The notes under the pieces were generated by a model. That model was given only the letters and a program-made list of their open reading frames with translations. It did not search any database and was not told where the DNA came from. From the NCBI GenBank assembly GCA_050175015.1, contig JBFXJJ010000008.1, forward strand, positions 12,415 to 76,414: 64,000 nucleotides of DNA, given 5' to 3'. The DNA is from Alphaproteobacteria bacterium (GTDB taxonomy: Bacteria > Pseudomonadota > Alphaproteobacteria > JBFXJJ01). Each line of letters opens with the position of its first letter. The stretch's first letter is position 1. This document shows positions 10,852-19,511 of this stretch, piece by piece. A program made the position numbers and the translations under genes.

Positions 10852-12175
10852 GGCTTGCCGATTTTTCTAAATTGCCGCCAAACTTCTTATATGCCTGAAT
10901 CCCGCCTTCTAAAGAATAAGCATTATATCCTTGCATTTTTAAGAAAGCGGCATAACGATTAGAAATATCGCCAACTCGGCAAGTAATTATTATGGTCTTA
11001 TCATCAGGGAAGGCTCTTCCGCTTTCCAGCATAATAGCTAAAGCTTCATCAAGGATATTGATTGAATTGGGAATATGTCCCATTGAATATGCAAAATTAC
11101 CACGAATATCAATGACCAAAGGTTTTTTAGCAAGATAATCATCTAACTCCTCAGCCTTAATGATATTGGCGGTTGCAATTTCTTCTGGATTTAAAGACGT
11201 TACGGTTTTTTTAGTTGTTGTTGCACCCGCAAAAATTTCAGGAGCGTGCTGTTTTAAAAAGCTCATATAAAGCTCAACTCTGTCGCAGGCAATAAAAACG
11301 GCAGTTTTTCTTTCTCCTGATTTTTCTAATTCCTCATCTATTGTTTTTAAATGTTTTACGGTTGCGTAATAAGCGAGACCACCTGTTGGACCGCACATAA
11401 CACCGCACTTGCGATTGAGTGTAAGAAGCCCTTCAACAGCTTGTTTGGTATCTCCAGTTATTAAATCATCATAATGTTCACGGCGGTAAAGACCAACTTC
11501 CCAAAGTTCATTCATATTGCGTCCGCCAGGAATATTATGACCAGCTTCGGCAACAATGCCATATATTTTTAATTGCGGATTATGCTCTCTTAGGTAGCGA
11601 CCTGTACCTAATGTAGAACCGCAAGTTCCAAGAAATGAATAAAAATAATCAACATTTCCTAAATCATCAACAAGTTCTTTACCTGTTGTGCGGTAATGGG
11701 TTGTAGGATTTAGTTCGCTATAATATTGATCGGTGTAATGATATTTTTCTGGTTCAGTTTTTAAAATATTAGCGGTGTATTGCAAGGTATCATTCGGATC
11801 AAATGGATCTGGGCAATCGGAAAGAGATGGCAATTCATCAATATCAGCTCCTAGAGTTTGAAGAATCTGTCTCATTTCAGGGTATTTGATGCGGCTACTG
11901 ATAACACGGCAGCCAATACCATTTACACTGGCGAGCGCCGTTAGAGCTTTTGCAGTATTGCCGCTAGATGCCTCAATAACTCTTTTTCCTGATTTTTTTA
12001 TCTCTTCAATATATGGCTCTAACAAACCTTTAGCAATACGATCTTTAACTGAACCAAAGGGGTTGTAATATTCAAGCTTAGCATAGAGGTCGATATTTTT
12101 TAATCCGTGAATTTCAGGAGAGATTAGCAACACAGGGGTGTTCCCAACCATATCCATAACGCTATTATACTTCAT
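10844..12175 (-). CDS. Cysteine synthase (CysK/CysM)-family PLP beta-replacement enzyme fused to a C-terminal rhodanese domain
   Basis: 443 aa. SVKDR PLP-lysine motif and SSGNTAKAL glycine loop. C-terminal rhodanese with the active-site Cys in ITCRVGDISNR. Confidence 0.7.
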   Translation of the reverse strand: MKYNSVMDMVGNTPVLLISPEIHGLKNIDLYAKLEYYNPFGSVKDRIAKGLLEPYIEEIKKSGKRVIEASSGNTAKALTALASVNGIGCRVISSRIKYPEMRQILQTLGADIDELPSLSDCPDPFDPNDTLQYTANILKTEPEKYHYTDQYYSELNPTTHYRTTGKELVDDLGNVDYFYSFLGTCGSTLGTGRYLREHNPQLKIYGIVAEAGHNIPGGRNMNELWEVGLYRREHYDDLITGDTKQAVEGLLTLNRKCGVMCGPTGGLAYYATVKHLKTIDEELEKSGERKTAVFIACDRVELYMSFLKQHAPEIFAGATTTKKTVTSLNPEEIATANIIKAEELDDYLAKKPLVIDIRGNFAYSMGHIPNSINILDEALAIMLESGRAFPDDKTIIITCRVGDISNRYAAFLKMQGYNAYSLEGGIQAYKKFGGNLEKSASHG

Positions 12176-12182
12176 TGTTTTT

Positions 12183-13628
12183 TTACTCCGTCAGAAATGG
12201 GGAATAGTTATTATCAGATAAAAGCTGCCATTGTTGATTGCTATTTTGGACAGCGGTTAGTTTTGAGCCTAATGAATGTTGATGGGGCGCAGCATCTTGG
12301 AAATCAGAAGAATAGGCAGCGGTATCAAAAAAGCATATTAGGTCTCCTCTCTTTGGTGTTTTAGGAAAACATATTTCTCTTTTCATAATAACATCGTGTT
12401 CACCGCATAGGTTGCCTATAATATAACCAGAACAAGCCTCTAAAGAGGTTTCATCTTTAGATATTAGAATCGGATCGGCTAGATAATCGATGAAGTCGAT
12501 AGAAAGATTATATAAGTTGCCTTCTGTTACAAAAAGATTTTCACCTTTGGCATTTTTCTTGGTTTCGATAACTCGCATAAATGTCAAGCCAGCTAATTGA
12601 TAAATTGATTTTCCAGGTTCAAACATTACTTCAAAGTCATTCTCGGCAATAATATCGCAAAGTCTACGTCCTCTAAGTGAAGAATTAAGGAACATCTTAT
12701 CAAGGGTTTCATCAAAATCCTTAAAGATAAAATGAACCATAAGATTGTTTCTTCCTGTAACTCTGCCTTTGTCGTTTAATTGCATACCATAAGGGAAGCC
12801 TCGCCACGTGTGAGTTTCGGTGCCGTTTATTATAGCTTCTTCTAATGATGTTATGAATTGTTCACATTGAATCGAATCTTCAAAGCGGGGACGCCTAAAG
12901 CCGCCGCCAACATCAATAATAGTAGGCTCTAAACCCATTTTCCAAAAATCTTCCATCATTGTAAGCATAGATTCTAAATATCCAGCTCTGACATCACCAT
13001 TTTGCTCATCAGTATGAAAATGAATCCCCTTAAAATTTAAAGATTTACAGCTTGAGATAAGTTCTAAAGAGGCTTTGATGTCTTCTTTGGTCATTCCAAA
13101 GCGGGAATTTCTTTGCAGCATTTTACGGTCAGCATTTTGAATGCCTGAAAGGCGTAGTAAAATATTGGTTTTGGGAACATCTGTAATATTGCTGCGAATA
13201 GCTATTAGTCTTTTCAATTCCTCAATAGAATCGATACTGATTAAACAGTTGTGTAATATTGCAAGGGTTAAAAAATCGGTATTTTTAACGCCTGTTGTTC
13301 CAATATTGTTTCCTGTAAAACCTGCGCTTAAGGCTGATATAAGTTCGCTTTTTGAGGCAACATCAATCCCTGTTTTCATAAATCTTGCTTGTTTGATTAA
13401 GGTATTCGATTTGGTAGGTTTATGAGAACATAAGATTTTATATTCAAAGCCATACTGGTCTATCTTTGCGCTTAAGTCTTTGATGTTTTTTGCCATAAGC
13501 TCTGGAAAAACAATATGCAAAGGACCGTTGTAAGTTGTATTTACGGCATTGAAAACAAGTTCTTTTTGGCGGATTAAATCACCCATTAGGCTGGGCAAAA
13601 TTGGCTTTAAACAAGGAATGTTTGTCAT
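12183..13628 (-). CDS. Fold-III PLP decarboxylase (Orn/DAP/Arg decarboxylase family 2-like)
   Basis: 481 aa. Alanine-racemase-like TIM barrel N-terminus followed by a C-terminal beta-domain pattern (EPGKSIYQLAGL...). Confidence 0.55.
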   Translation of the reverse strand: MTNIPCLKPILPSLMGDLIRQKELVFNAVNTTYNGPLHIVFPELMAKNIKDLSAKIDQYGFEYKILCSHKPTKSNTLIKQARFMKTGIDVASKSELISALSAGFTGNNIGTTGVKNTDFLTLAILHNCLISIDSIEELKRLIAIRSNITDVPKTNILLRLSGIQNADRKMLQRNSRFGMTKEDIKASLELISSCKSLNFKGIHFHTDEQNGDVRAGYLESMLTMMEDFWKMGLEPTIIDVGGGFRRPRFEDSIQCEQFITSLEEAIINGTETHTWRGFPYGMQLNDKGRVTGRNNLMVHFIFKDFDETLDKMFLNSSLRGRRLCDIIAENDFEVMFEPGKSIYQLAGLTFMRVIETKKNAKGENLFVTEGNLYNLSIDFIDYLADPILISKDETSLEACSGYIIGNLCGEHDVIMKREICFPKTPKRGDLICFFDTAAYSSDFQDAAPHQHSLGSKLTAVQNSNQQWQLLSDNNYSPFLTE

Positions 13629-13692
13629 TTTATTAGCTTTTTTATTAAGTTTTTAAAAAGCCAATTTTGCGCCATTGGGTATTTTTTTTCAA

Positions 13693-15132
13693 CTATATTT
13701 TCTCTTTAGTTTCTCCAACAAGTTTTGTAACGGCTCTTGTAGCAAATTTAGGATTAGCTAAAGCTGAAGGTCCCGCGATACAGCCTCCGTTGCAAGCCAT
13801 AACTTCAACTAAATTGCCAGAGCAGCCTTTGCAGGCAAAACGTTTTAAGAGCTTTATAGCTTCTTTATCTAAACCGTCGATTTTTTCTGGAATTATATTG
13901 GCGTTTTCACCTGCAATAGCTTGAACAGCTGCGGCAACTCCTCCAGAGATAGGGAAGTTTCTAGCATTACCTGAGGCATATTTAGATATTGTTACAGGCT
14001 CACAGGCTGTAACATCAATATTCGATGCCACAAAAATAGCGCCGAGTTCTTCAAAGGTTAAGACGTGGTCAACGTTTTCATCGCTATAAGCTTCAGTTCT
14101 TTTGGCAACGCAAGGACCAATGAAGACAGCAACGCAGTCAGGTTTTTCCTTTTTTACAATTTCAGCCGTATATCTCATTGGTGAGAGCGTGGTTGAAACG
14201 TATTTGCTCAGCTCTGGAATATGTTTTTTTACAGCTTCAACATAGGCAGGACAGCATGAGGTAGTCATAAAGCTTTGACCTTCGCTCATCTTATGCAAAA
14301 ATTCTTTTGCTTCATTTTCGGTTGTTATATCAGCTCCCGTGGCAACTTCAATAACATCTGAAAAACCAGCTTTAAGCAAAGCACCAGCTAATTGCTCTAA
14401 GGTTCCTGGAAACTGTCCAACAATGGCAGGGGCAATCATGGCCACGATGTTTTTCTTGTTTTTTATTTTTCTTAAAACATCAACGATGTGGGATCTCTCC
14501 ATAATCGCCCCAAACGGACACGCAAGTAAACACTTGCCGCAAGAAATGCATTTTTCTTGGTCAATGTGTTCTTTGCCGTTTTCGTCTTTGGTGATAGCCC
14601 CAACAGGGCAAGCTTCTTCGCAAGGTACAGGAATTCTAATAATGGAATGGTAAGGGCAAGCTTCAAAACACCTGCCGCAGTTAACACATAAATCAGGATT
14701 AATTTCAGCTTTTCCTTTTTTAATGGTTATTGCTTCTTTAGGACAGTTAAGAGTACACGGCCTAGCTAAACAACCCTGACAAGCGTTAGTAACCATATAT
14801 TGAGCCTTAATACAGCCTTGGCATGCAGCATCAATAACAGTTAAAATTTCTTTGGCATTTTGAGACCGAAGTAAGGCTTCTTTGGCATATTCTGAAAGTG
14901 GTTTTAATTCGTCTTTTTCGTCTTCGATAGCAAAGCCCATCGAAGCCATACAGGCATATTTAATAATTGCACGGTCTTTGTATATGCAGCATCTTAAGTT
15001 GGCGCTGTCTTTAGGGCGCATCTCAAGAGGGATACGGTCTAGATTATGTTCTAAATCATCTTCTAGAAAGGCTTTTGATAGTTTGATTAAGATTTCTTTT
15101 CTTATTCTTGCGGCATTATTATTAGGTAACAT
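13693..15132 (-). CDS. [FeFe]-hydrogenase catalytic-subunit-like protein (H-cluster domain plus multiple 4Fe-4S ferredoxin motifs)
   Basis: 479 aa. H-cluster signature motifs TSCCPAYV (L1), GPCVAKRTE (L2) and VEVMACNGGCIAGP (L3). Several CxxCxxCxxxCP ferredoxin motifs. Confidence 0.75.
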   Translation of the reverse strand: MLPNNNAARIRKEILIKLSKAFLEDDLEHNLDRIPLEMRPKDSANLRCCIYKDRAIIKYACMASMGFAIEDEKDELKPLSEYAKEALLRSQNAKEILTVIDAACQGCIKAQYMVTNACQGCLARPCTLNCPKEAITIKKGKAEINPDLCVNCGRCFEACPYHSIIRIPVPCEEACPVGAITKDENGKEHIDQEKCISCGKCLLACPFGAIMERSHIVDVLRKIKNKKNIVAMIAPAIVGQFPGTLEQLAGALLKAGFSDVIEVATGADITTENEAKEFLHKMSEGQSFMTTSCCPAYVEAVKKHIPELSKYVSTTLSPMRYTAEIVKKEKPDCVAVFIGPCVAKRTEAYSDENVDHVLTFEELGAIFVASNIDVTACEPVTISKYASGNARNFPISGGVAAAVQAIAGENANIIPEKIDGLDKEAIKLLKRFACKGCSGNLVEVMACNGGCIAGPSALANPKFATRAVTKLVGETKEKI

Positions 15133-15146
15133 TGTCCTCGCCCTCT

Positions 15147-15398
15147 TTATAGCATTTTTTTAAGTTCTTCGATAATTTTATGAATAGTAGCTTCGTCAAT
15201 TACTTTGCCGTCAATTAGAACGAAAGGGCCTTTGTTATAATTGCCATCTTTGCAAAAATCTAAACAACGGACATATTCAATCTCAACTTTATTTCTTAAT
15301 TCTTCAGGAAGCTCTGTTTCTAGTTCTTGAATATTAGATGCTCCCATCACGAAACAGCTCGTTCCGGTACAAATTTTAATATTAATCTTTTTTGCCAT
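15147..15398 (-). CDS. Thioredoxin-like [2Fe-2S] ferredoxin (NuoE/HndA-like small subunit)
   Basis: 83 aa. CTGTSC...C...C cysteine pattern. Confidence 0.5.
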   Translation of the reverse strand: MAKKINIKICTGTSCFVMGASNIQELETELPEELRNKVEIEYVRCLDFCKDGNYNKGPFVLIDGKVIDEATIHKIIEELKKML

Positions 15399-15412
15399 AT
15401 CTCGTATCCTCG

Positions 15413-16588
15413 TTAAATAAATTTAATAGTTGTTTCTTTTAAATATTTTTCAGTAAGTACTTTATTAATACGTTTTATGATGTTGCGTCTTATTTCTAAA
15501 TCTACAGGCAGATTTGGGTCTTGATGCGCATTGTTAATTCTTGTTCCTACCATAAATTCTATAATATCGCTGTCGAGTAAAAGGTCGGCTAGTTTTACTG
15601 CGGCATTTTTTTTCTTCGGCCAAATTTCATCTTCCAATATTTGAGCAACTTTAGTTAAGGTTAAAATTCCTTCTGTTACAAGATCCACTCTTTCCATAAT
15701 TGATGCTGCAGGAATTTCCTTATCAATAGTTGAGGTATCTATTCTGCTTTTAAGTTCAAGTTCTCTTTCAATGATATTAGCGCTGGTTCCGCCGCAAATA
15801 GCCTTTTTCCCTTCATAATTATTGAATGTTTCCGCTATTTCACTGTCTTTGTTTTCATCGAAAGGAGGACCTGATAAAAGAAGCAATTTTCTAGGCTTTC
15901 TAAAATATACGACGGTACAGCTCATATCATCGCCGGCAACTTCTCCAATCTCTTTGGTTTTGGCTTCATCAATAATCATTCTAGCAAGGCTTCGTGCCGA
16001 TATATTCTTGTCATTATTTATAATGTTGAGAACAAATTTTTCACAGCCCTCATTCCTCCAACCAAGAGGGTAGGCTCTATTTCCTAAACCTGCTTGACTT
16101 ATACCGTCAGAAAAAACAATGATTCTATCTTCTGGTTTAGTTTCAAATTCATAAACTCTGATTTTTCTTTTTTCCCATTTAGGAGAAGAGAGTTCTTCAA
16201 ACGGAAGTGGGATTGATTTGCCATCTCTGATAAAAAGCATAGGAGGATTATCCATTTCAAAAACTCTGGTATTTCCACCTGCGGTACAATCAATTATAGT
16301 GAACGTCGCATAGCTTATTTTTCGTACCTGACAAATAGGAAGCGCTTCCATAATAATTTCTGAGGAACGTAAAATTTCCATATTTCCTGCAATGAATTTT
16401 GCTGCCATTCTTGAGGTCATAGATGCCAAAACATTGGCTTTAACACCGCTTCCTAAACCGTCAGACAACACCGAAACAATCCTTTGTTCATTAGGTATTT
16501 TGCAAGAAAAGATAGCATCTCCACAAATAACTTGATTGTGTTTGGTCTCTTGAGCGCTTTCGATTTCGATGTATAACGTATTAAGCAT
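15413..16588 (-). CDS. PP2C/SpoIIE-family serine phosphatase
   Basis: 391 aa. QVICGDAIF ... VLSDGLGSG ... IIVFSDGISQAG phosphatase 2C motifs. Confidence 0.7.
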   Translation of the reverse strand: MLNTLYIEIESAQETKHNQVICGDAIFSCKIPNEQRIVSVLSDGLGSGVKANVLASMTSRMAAKFIAGNMEILRSSEIIMEALPICQVRKISYATFTIIDCTAGGNTRVFEMDNPPMLFIRDGKSIPLPFEELSSPKWEKRKIRVYEFETKPEDRIIVFSDGISQAGLGNRAYPLGWRNEGCEKFVLNIINNDKNISARSLARMIIDEAKTKEIGEVAGDDMSCTVVYFRKPRKLLLLSGPPFDENKDSEIAETFNNYEGKKAICGGTSANIIERELELKSRIDTSTIDKEIPAASIMERVDLVTEGILTLTKVAQILEDEIWPKKKNAAVKLADLLLDSDIIEFMVGTRINNAHQDPNLPVDLEIRRNIIKRINKVLTEKYLKETTIKFI

Positions 16589-16594
16589 TGCAAG

Positions 16595-18349
16595 TTAATC
16601 CTTTGGTGTATTTTTTTTGTTCGGATTAAAAACTTGGACTTGAGACTTTTCATTAGTGCCAAAATCTTCGGCAATAGAGCGAAGAAGCATCTCAGTTTCA
16701 GCCATATGCTCTCCTAAAGTGCAAGCAATATTCTGTACGGTAGATAGGTTTTTAGCAATAACTTCGCTGGCTCTTTTAGCAATTTGGTCTCTGCGCATCT
16801 GCATTCTGGTTACGTCTTGGATAATTCCGCCGATAATCAAATTAGGATTAATTGTAAAAACCGTTATGTCATATAACTTGCCATCAATTCTAAAGTTCTC
16901 TCTCTTCAAATCTTCTCCTGTAGCTAAAACGGTTTTAAACATATCCGTCATAGGAAGAACAGCTTTTAAGTGCATTCCTTCCAAATTAGCAGCAGCATAT
17001 CCTTCGGGCATATTAAGAGGAGGAAACATTTCGGAAAACTTGTGGTTATGTTCGATTATCTGCATAGAGTCATTTATAACAACGATACCAGCAGGAATTG
17101 ATTTAATAATAGCATTAGCTTTTTTCATCGCTTGTTTACGCATAAATGAAACGCACATTTCAGATTCTGCTCTGCCATCAATTAAAGCTTTAGCAAATGA
17201 GCGGCAATTATTGTATCCACAGCCACCACAGTTAAGTTCATCATCTTTGCTATGCTTGCCAATGCTTGCAAGAGCTTCTTTAATTGTTTCTTCATCAGGA
17301 TTCATAAAGCTTAAAGCGCTCGGAGAATACTCTTTAGTAAGGTCGATTTTGCTTTCTCTGGTTTTCATCTTTGCTTTTGATAAAATATCAAGTCTTCCTG
17401 TAATGCCATTGTTGCAGTGAGATGTGCAGGGGCCATTTATACAGCCGCCATAACAAGCTAGTCCTTCAATGAAAGTTGTGGGGCATAAGCTGTTTGTTGC
17501 TTCTTCATATCCTTCTAATTCTCTTCTCAAGGCAAGCGTTCCTGAAACTGGAAACATATAATAGTCAGTTGAAAGATATGACCTGATTGTTTCAATCATT
17601 CCGCCTTCTATTGGGTATACGCCGCCTTCTTCTGATAGTTCTGGAATAAAGTGTTCACAGGCATCAACTTCAATGGTTTTTAAATCAACATTACGTTCTT
17701 CTAAAAGTTCTCTTAAGTCTTCAAAAGTCAAGGCTAGAGATAGAATGTCAGGATTTTCATCTGCTTCTAATTTTTTAGCAATGCAGGGACCGAAAAATAC
17801 GACTGAAATATCTTCGCCATAGAGTGCTTTCAACATTTTGGAATGAGCAAGCAGAGGCGACATAAGCTGTGATATTTTGTTGGTATGCTGGGGCATATAT
17901 TTTTTTATATAGGCGACAATTGATGGACAGGCAGAAGAAACCATAATGCCATTTTTATATTCTGGCAGGATTTTAGCAATCTGTGCCGATACTTCTTGTG
18001 CGCCAAGAGCTGTTTCGCTTACACCAAAGATGCCAAAGCTTTTAAGAGCCTTAATTATCTGGCTTGCATCAATATTTTTAAATTCGCTTTTCCAAGATGG
18101 GGCTAGCGAGATAATTATTTTTTTGTTTGTTTCAATAAGCAATTTAAGGCGCCCTAAATCATCTCTAACCTTTTTTGCTTTTGTGGGGCAGACTTCAACA
18201 CATTTGCCACAATAAATGCACATTTCAGGAATAACCATAGCGTGCCCAGCTTCAATTCTAATCGCCTTTACTGGACAGTTGCGAACGCATTTATAACAAT
18301 CTTGGCAGTTGTTTTTTACGGTATAAATTGGTTCTAAATTATTGCTCAT
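16595..18349 (-). CDS. Sensory-type [FeFe]-hydrogenase-like protein (HydS-like): N-terminal 4Fe-4S ferredoxin domains, H-cluster domain with variant L1 motif, C-terminal PAS domain
   Basis: 584 aa. CxxCxxCxxxCP x2 motifs. SSACPS in place of TSCCP, then FGPCIAKKLE and EGLACYGGCINGP. The C-terminal PAS-like segment begins around AIIKSIPAGIVVIND. Confidence 0.7.
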   Translation of the reverse strand: MSNNLEPIYTVKNNCQDCYKCVRNCPVKAIRIEAGHAMVIPEMCIYCGKCVEVCPTKAKKVRDDLGRLKLLIETNKKIIISLAPSWKSEFKNIDASQIIKALKSFGIFGVSETALGAQEVSAQIAKILPEYKNGIMVSSACPSIVAYIKKYMPQHTNKISQLMSPLLAHSKMLKALYGEDISVVFFGPCIAKKLEADENPDILSLALTFEDLRELLEERNVDLKTIEVDACEHFIPELSEEGGVYPIEGGMIETIRSYLSTDYYMFPVSGTLALRRELEGYEEATNSLCPTTFIEGLACYGGCINGPCTSHCNNGITGRLDILSKAKMKTRESKIDLTKEYSPSALSFMNPDEETIKEALASIGKHSKDDELNCGGCGYNNCRSFAKALIDGRAESEMCVSFMRKQAMKKANAIIKSIPAGIVVINDSMQIIEHNHKFSEMFPPLNMPEGYAAANLEGMHLKAVLPMTDMFKTVLATGEDLKRENFRIDGKLYDITVFTINPNLIIGGIIQDVTRMQMRRDQIAKRASEVIAKNLSTVQNIACTLGEHMAETEMLLRSIAEDFGTNEKSQVQVFNPNKKNTPKD

Positions 18350-18596
18350 TTTCTTCTTCTTTTACTGCTTGTTTAATTATGTCAATAATACTTCCAATAT
18401 CGGCATTGTGATAAATCTTACCGTTGATTCTAATGTTTGGTCCTTTAGAACAAGCATTTTCACAACGACAGCCGACAAGCTCTACTTTACTGCTTAAGTC
18501 ATTCTTTTTGATAAACTCTTCAATAAGTTCAAGATTATCTAAATTGCCTCTTGCAAAGCAGGAACTCCCCATACAAATTGAAACTACGACCGCCAT
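18339..18596 (-). CDS. Thioredoxin-like [2Fe-2S] ferredoxin
   Basis: 85 aa. CMGSSC...CRC...C pattern. Confidence 0.5.
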   Translation of the reverse strand: MAVVVSICMGSSCFARGNLDNLELIEEFIKKNDLSSKVELVGCRCENACSKGPNIRINGKIYHNADIGSIIDIIKQAVKEEENEQ

Positions 18597-18607
18597 TTTA
18601 AAGCTCC

Positions 18608-19255
18608 TTATTTATGATGCAAAACTTTACTTAACTTAACAGAAAGTTCTGCTAAGCCTGATGATAAATCTTCTTTTTGAGTAACGATGGTATCAGGGGT
18701 TTTTAGTTTTACCGGCGTAAAGTTCCAAATAGCCCTTATTCCAGCATCAACTAGTTTGTCAACCACATCTTGAGCAGCTTTTGAAGGAACTGCTAAAATC
18801 GCCATATTAATGTTCATTCTTGGAACTAAATCATAAAGTTTATCTATCGGAAAAATCTCTTTACCATAAATTTTGGTTCCAATCTTTTGAGGGTCGACAT
18901 CAAATCCTGCAACAATATTTAAGCCATTTCCAGTAAAACCTTGGTAACCTAGGATAGCAGAACCCAAATTGCCGACGCCTACTAAAAAGGCATCTGTTGT
19001 GTTATTCCAACCTAAAAAGTTTTCAATATTATCTATGAGTTCTTCAATATCAAAGCCTATACGTGGTTTTCCTAAAGAGCCTGTAGATGCGATGTCTTTG
19101 CGGACAACAATCGAATCTATATCTAAAATTTCTGCAAAGTAAGTTGCTGAAACGGTTTTTTCATTTTTTTGCTGCAAATCTTTAGCCAACCTTAAATATG
19201 CAGGTAGGCGTCTTATTGTTGGAATTCCTATAGTTTTATCGAAAACAGCTACCAT
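18608..19255 (-). CDS. rex: Redox-sensing transcriptional repressor Rex
   Basis: 215 aa. N-terminal winged-helix (IPTIRRLPAYLRL) and Rossmann NADH-binding GVGNLGSA. Confidence 0.85.
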   Translation of the reverse strand: MVAVFDKTIGIPTIRRLPAYLRLAKDLQQKNEKTVSATYFAEILDIDSIVVRKDIASTGSLGKPRIGFDIEELIDNIENFLGWNNTTDAFLVGVGNLGSAILGYQGFTGNGLNIVAGFDVDPQKIGTKIYGKEIFPIDKLYDLVPRMNINMAILAVPSKAAQDVVDKLVDAGIRAIWNFTPVKLKTPDTIVTQKEDLSSGLAELSVKLSKVLHHK

Positions 19256-19266
19256 TATTACACCTT

Positions 19267-19298
19267 ATTATTATCGATAATCTTATATCGATAATAAT
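19267..19298. promoter_or_regulatory. 32-bp palindrome (ATTATTATCGATA-N6-TATCGATAATAAT) immediately upstream of rex; candidate operator
   Basis: Perfect 13-bp inverted arms read directly. Does not match the canonical Rex box TTGTGAA-N4-TTCACAA. Confidence 0.35.
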
Positions 19299-19511
19299 AT
19301 ATCGATTTCTCCTTTTATGCAAGACAAATTTTTAAGTGATATTTATAAAATATTTTATGTTTTACTGTAAAAGTAGGTTTTCAAAGAGTAAGGGCAACGC
19401 TAATATAAAAAGATGTTTATTAAACTCTAATTGTGAATATCGTAAACTGCCGAGAGCCTTAATAAAAAATAATGTGATATTAAAAAATTAATAATTAAGA
19501 CTGAAACTTTT

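Noticed and set aside
16656-17420. 254-aa plus-strand ORF
   Set aside because: Fully antisense to the hydS-like gene, which carries strong Fe-S and H-cluster motifs. Low-complexity, with no RBS. Other track ORFs of 60-140 aa nested inside large genes (e.g. 803-1036, 1774-1992, 6388-6588, 7588-7956, 14339-14653, 17946-18215, 36977-37387, 39506-39979, 45094-45306, 49786-50043, 58251-58514, 59014-60054, 60786-61157) were dismissed for the same reason.
19267-19298. Rex operator upstream of rex
   Set aside because: The palindrome is ATTATTATCGATA/TATCGATAATAAT, not the Rex consensus TTGTGAA-N4-TTCACAA. Kept only as a generic candidate operator.
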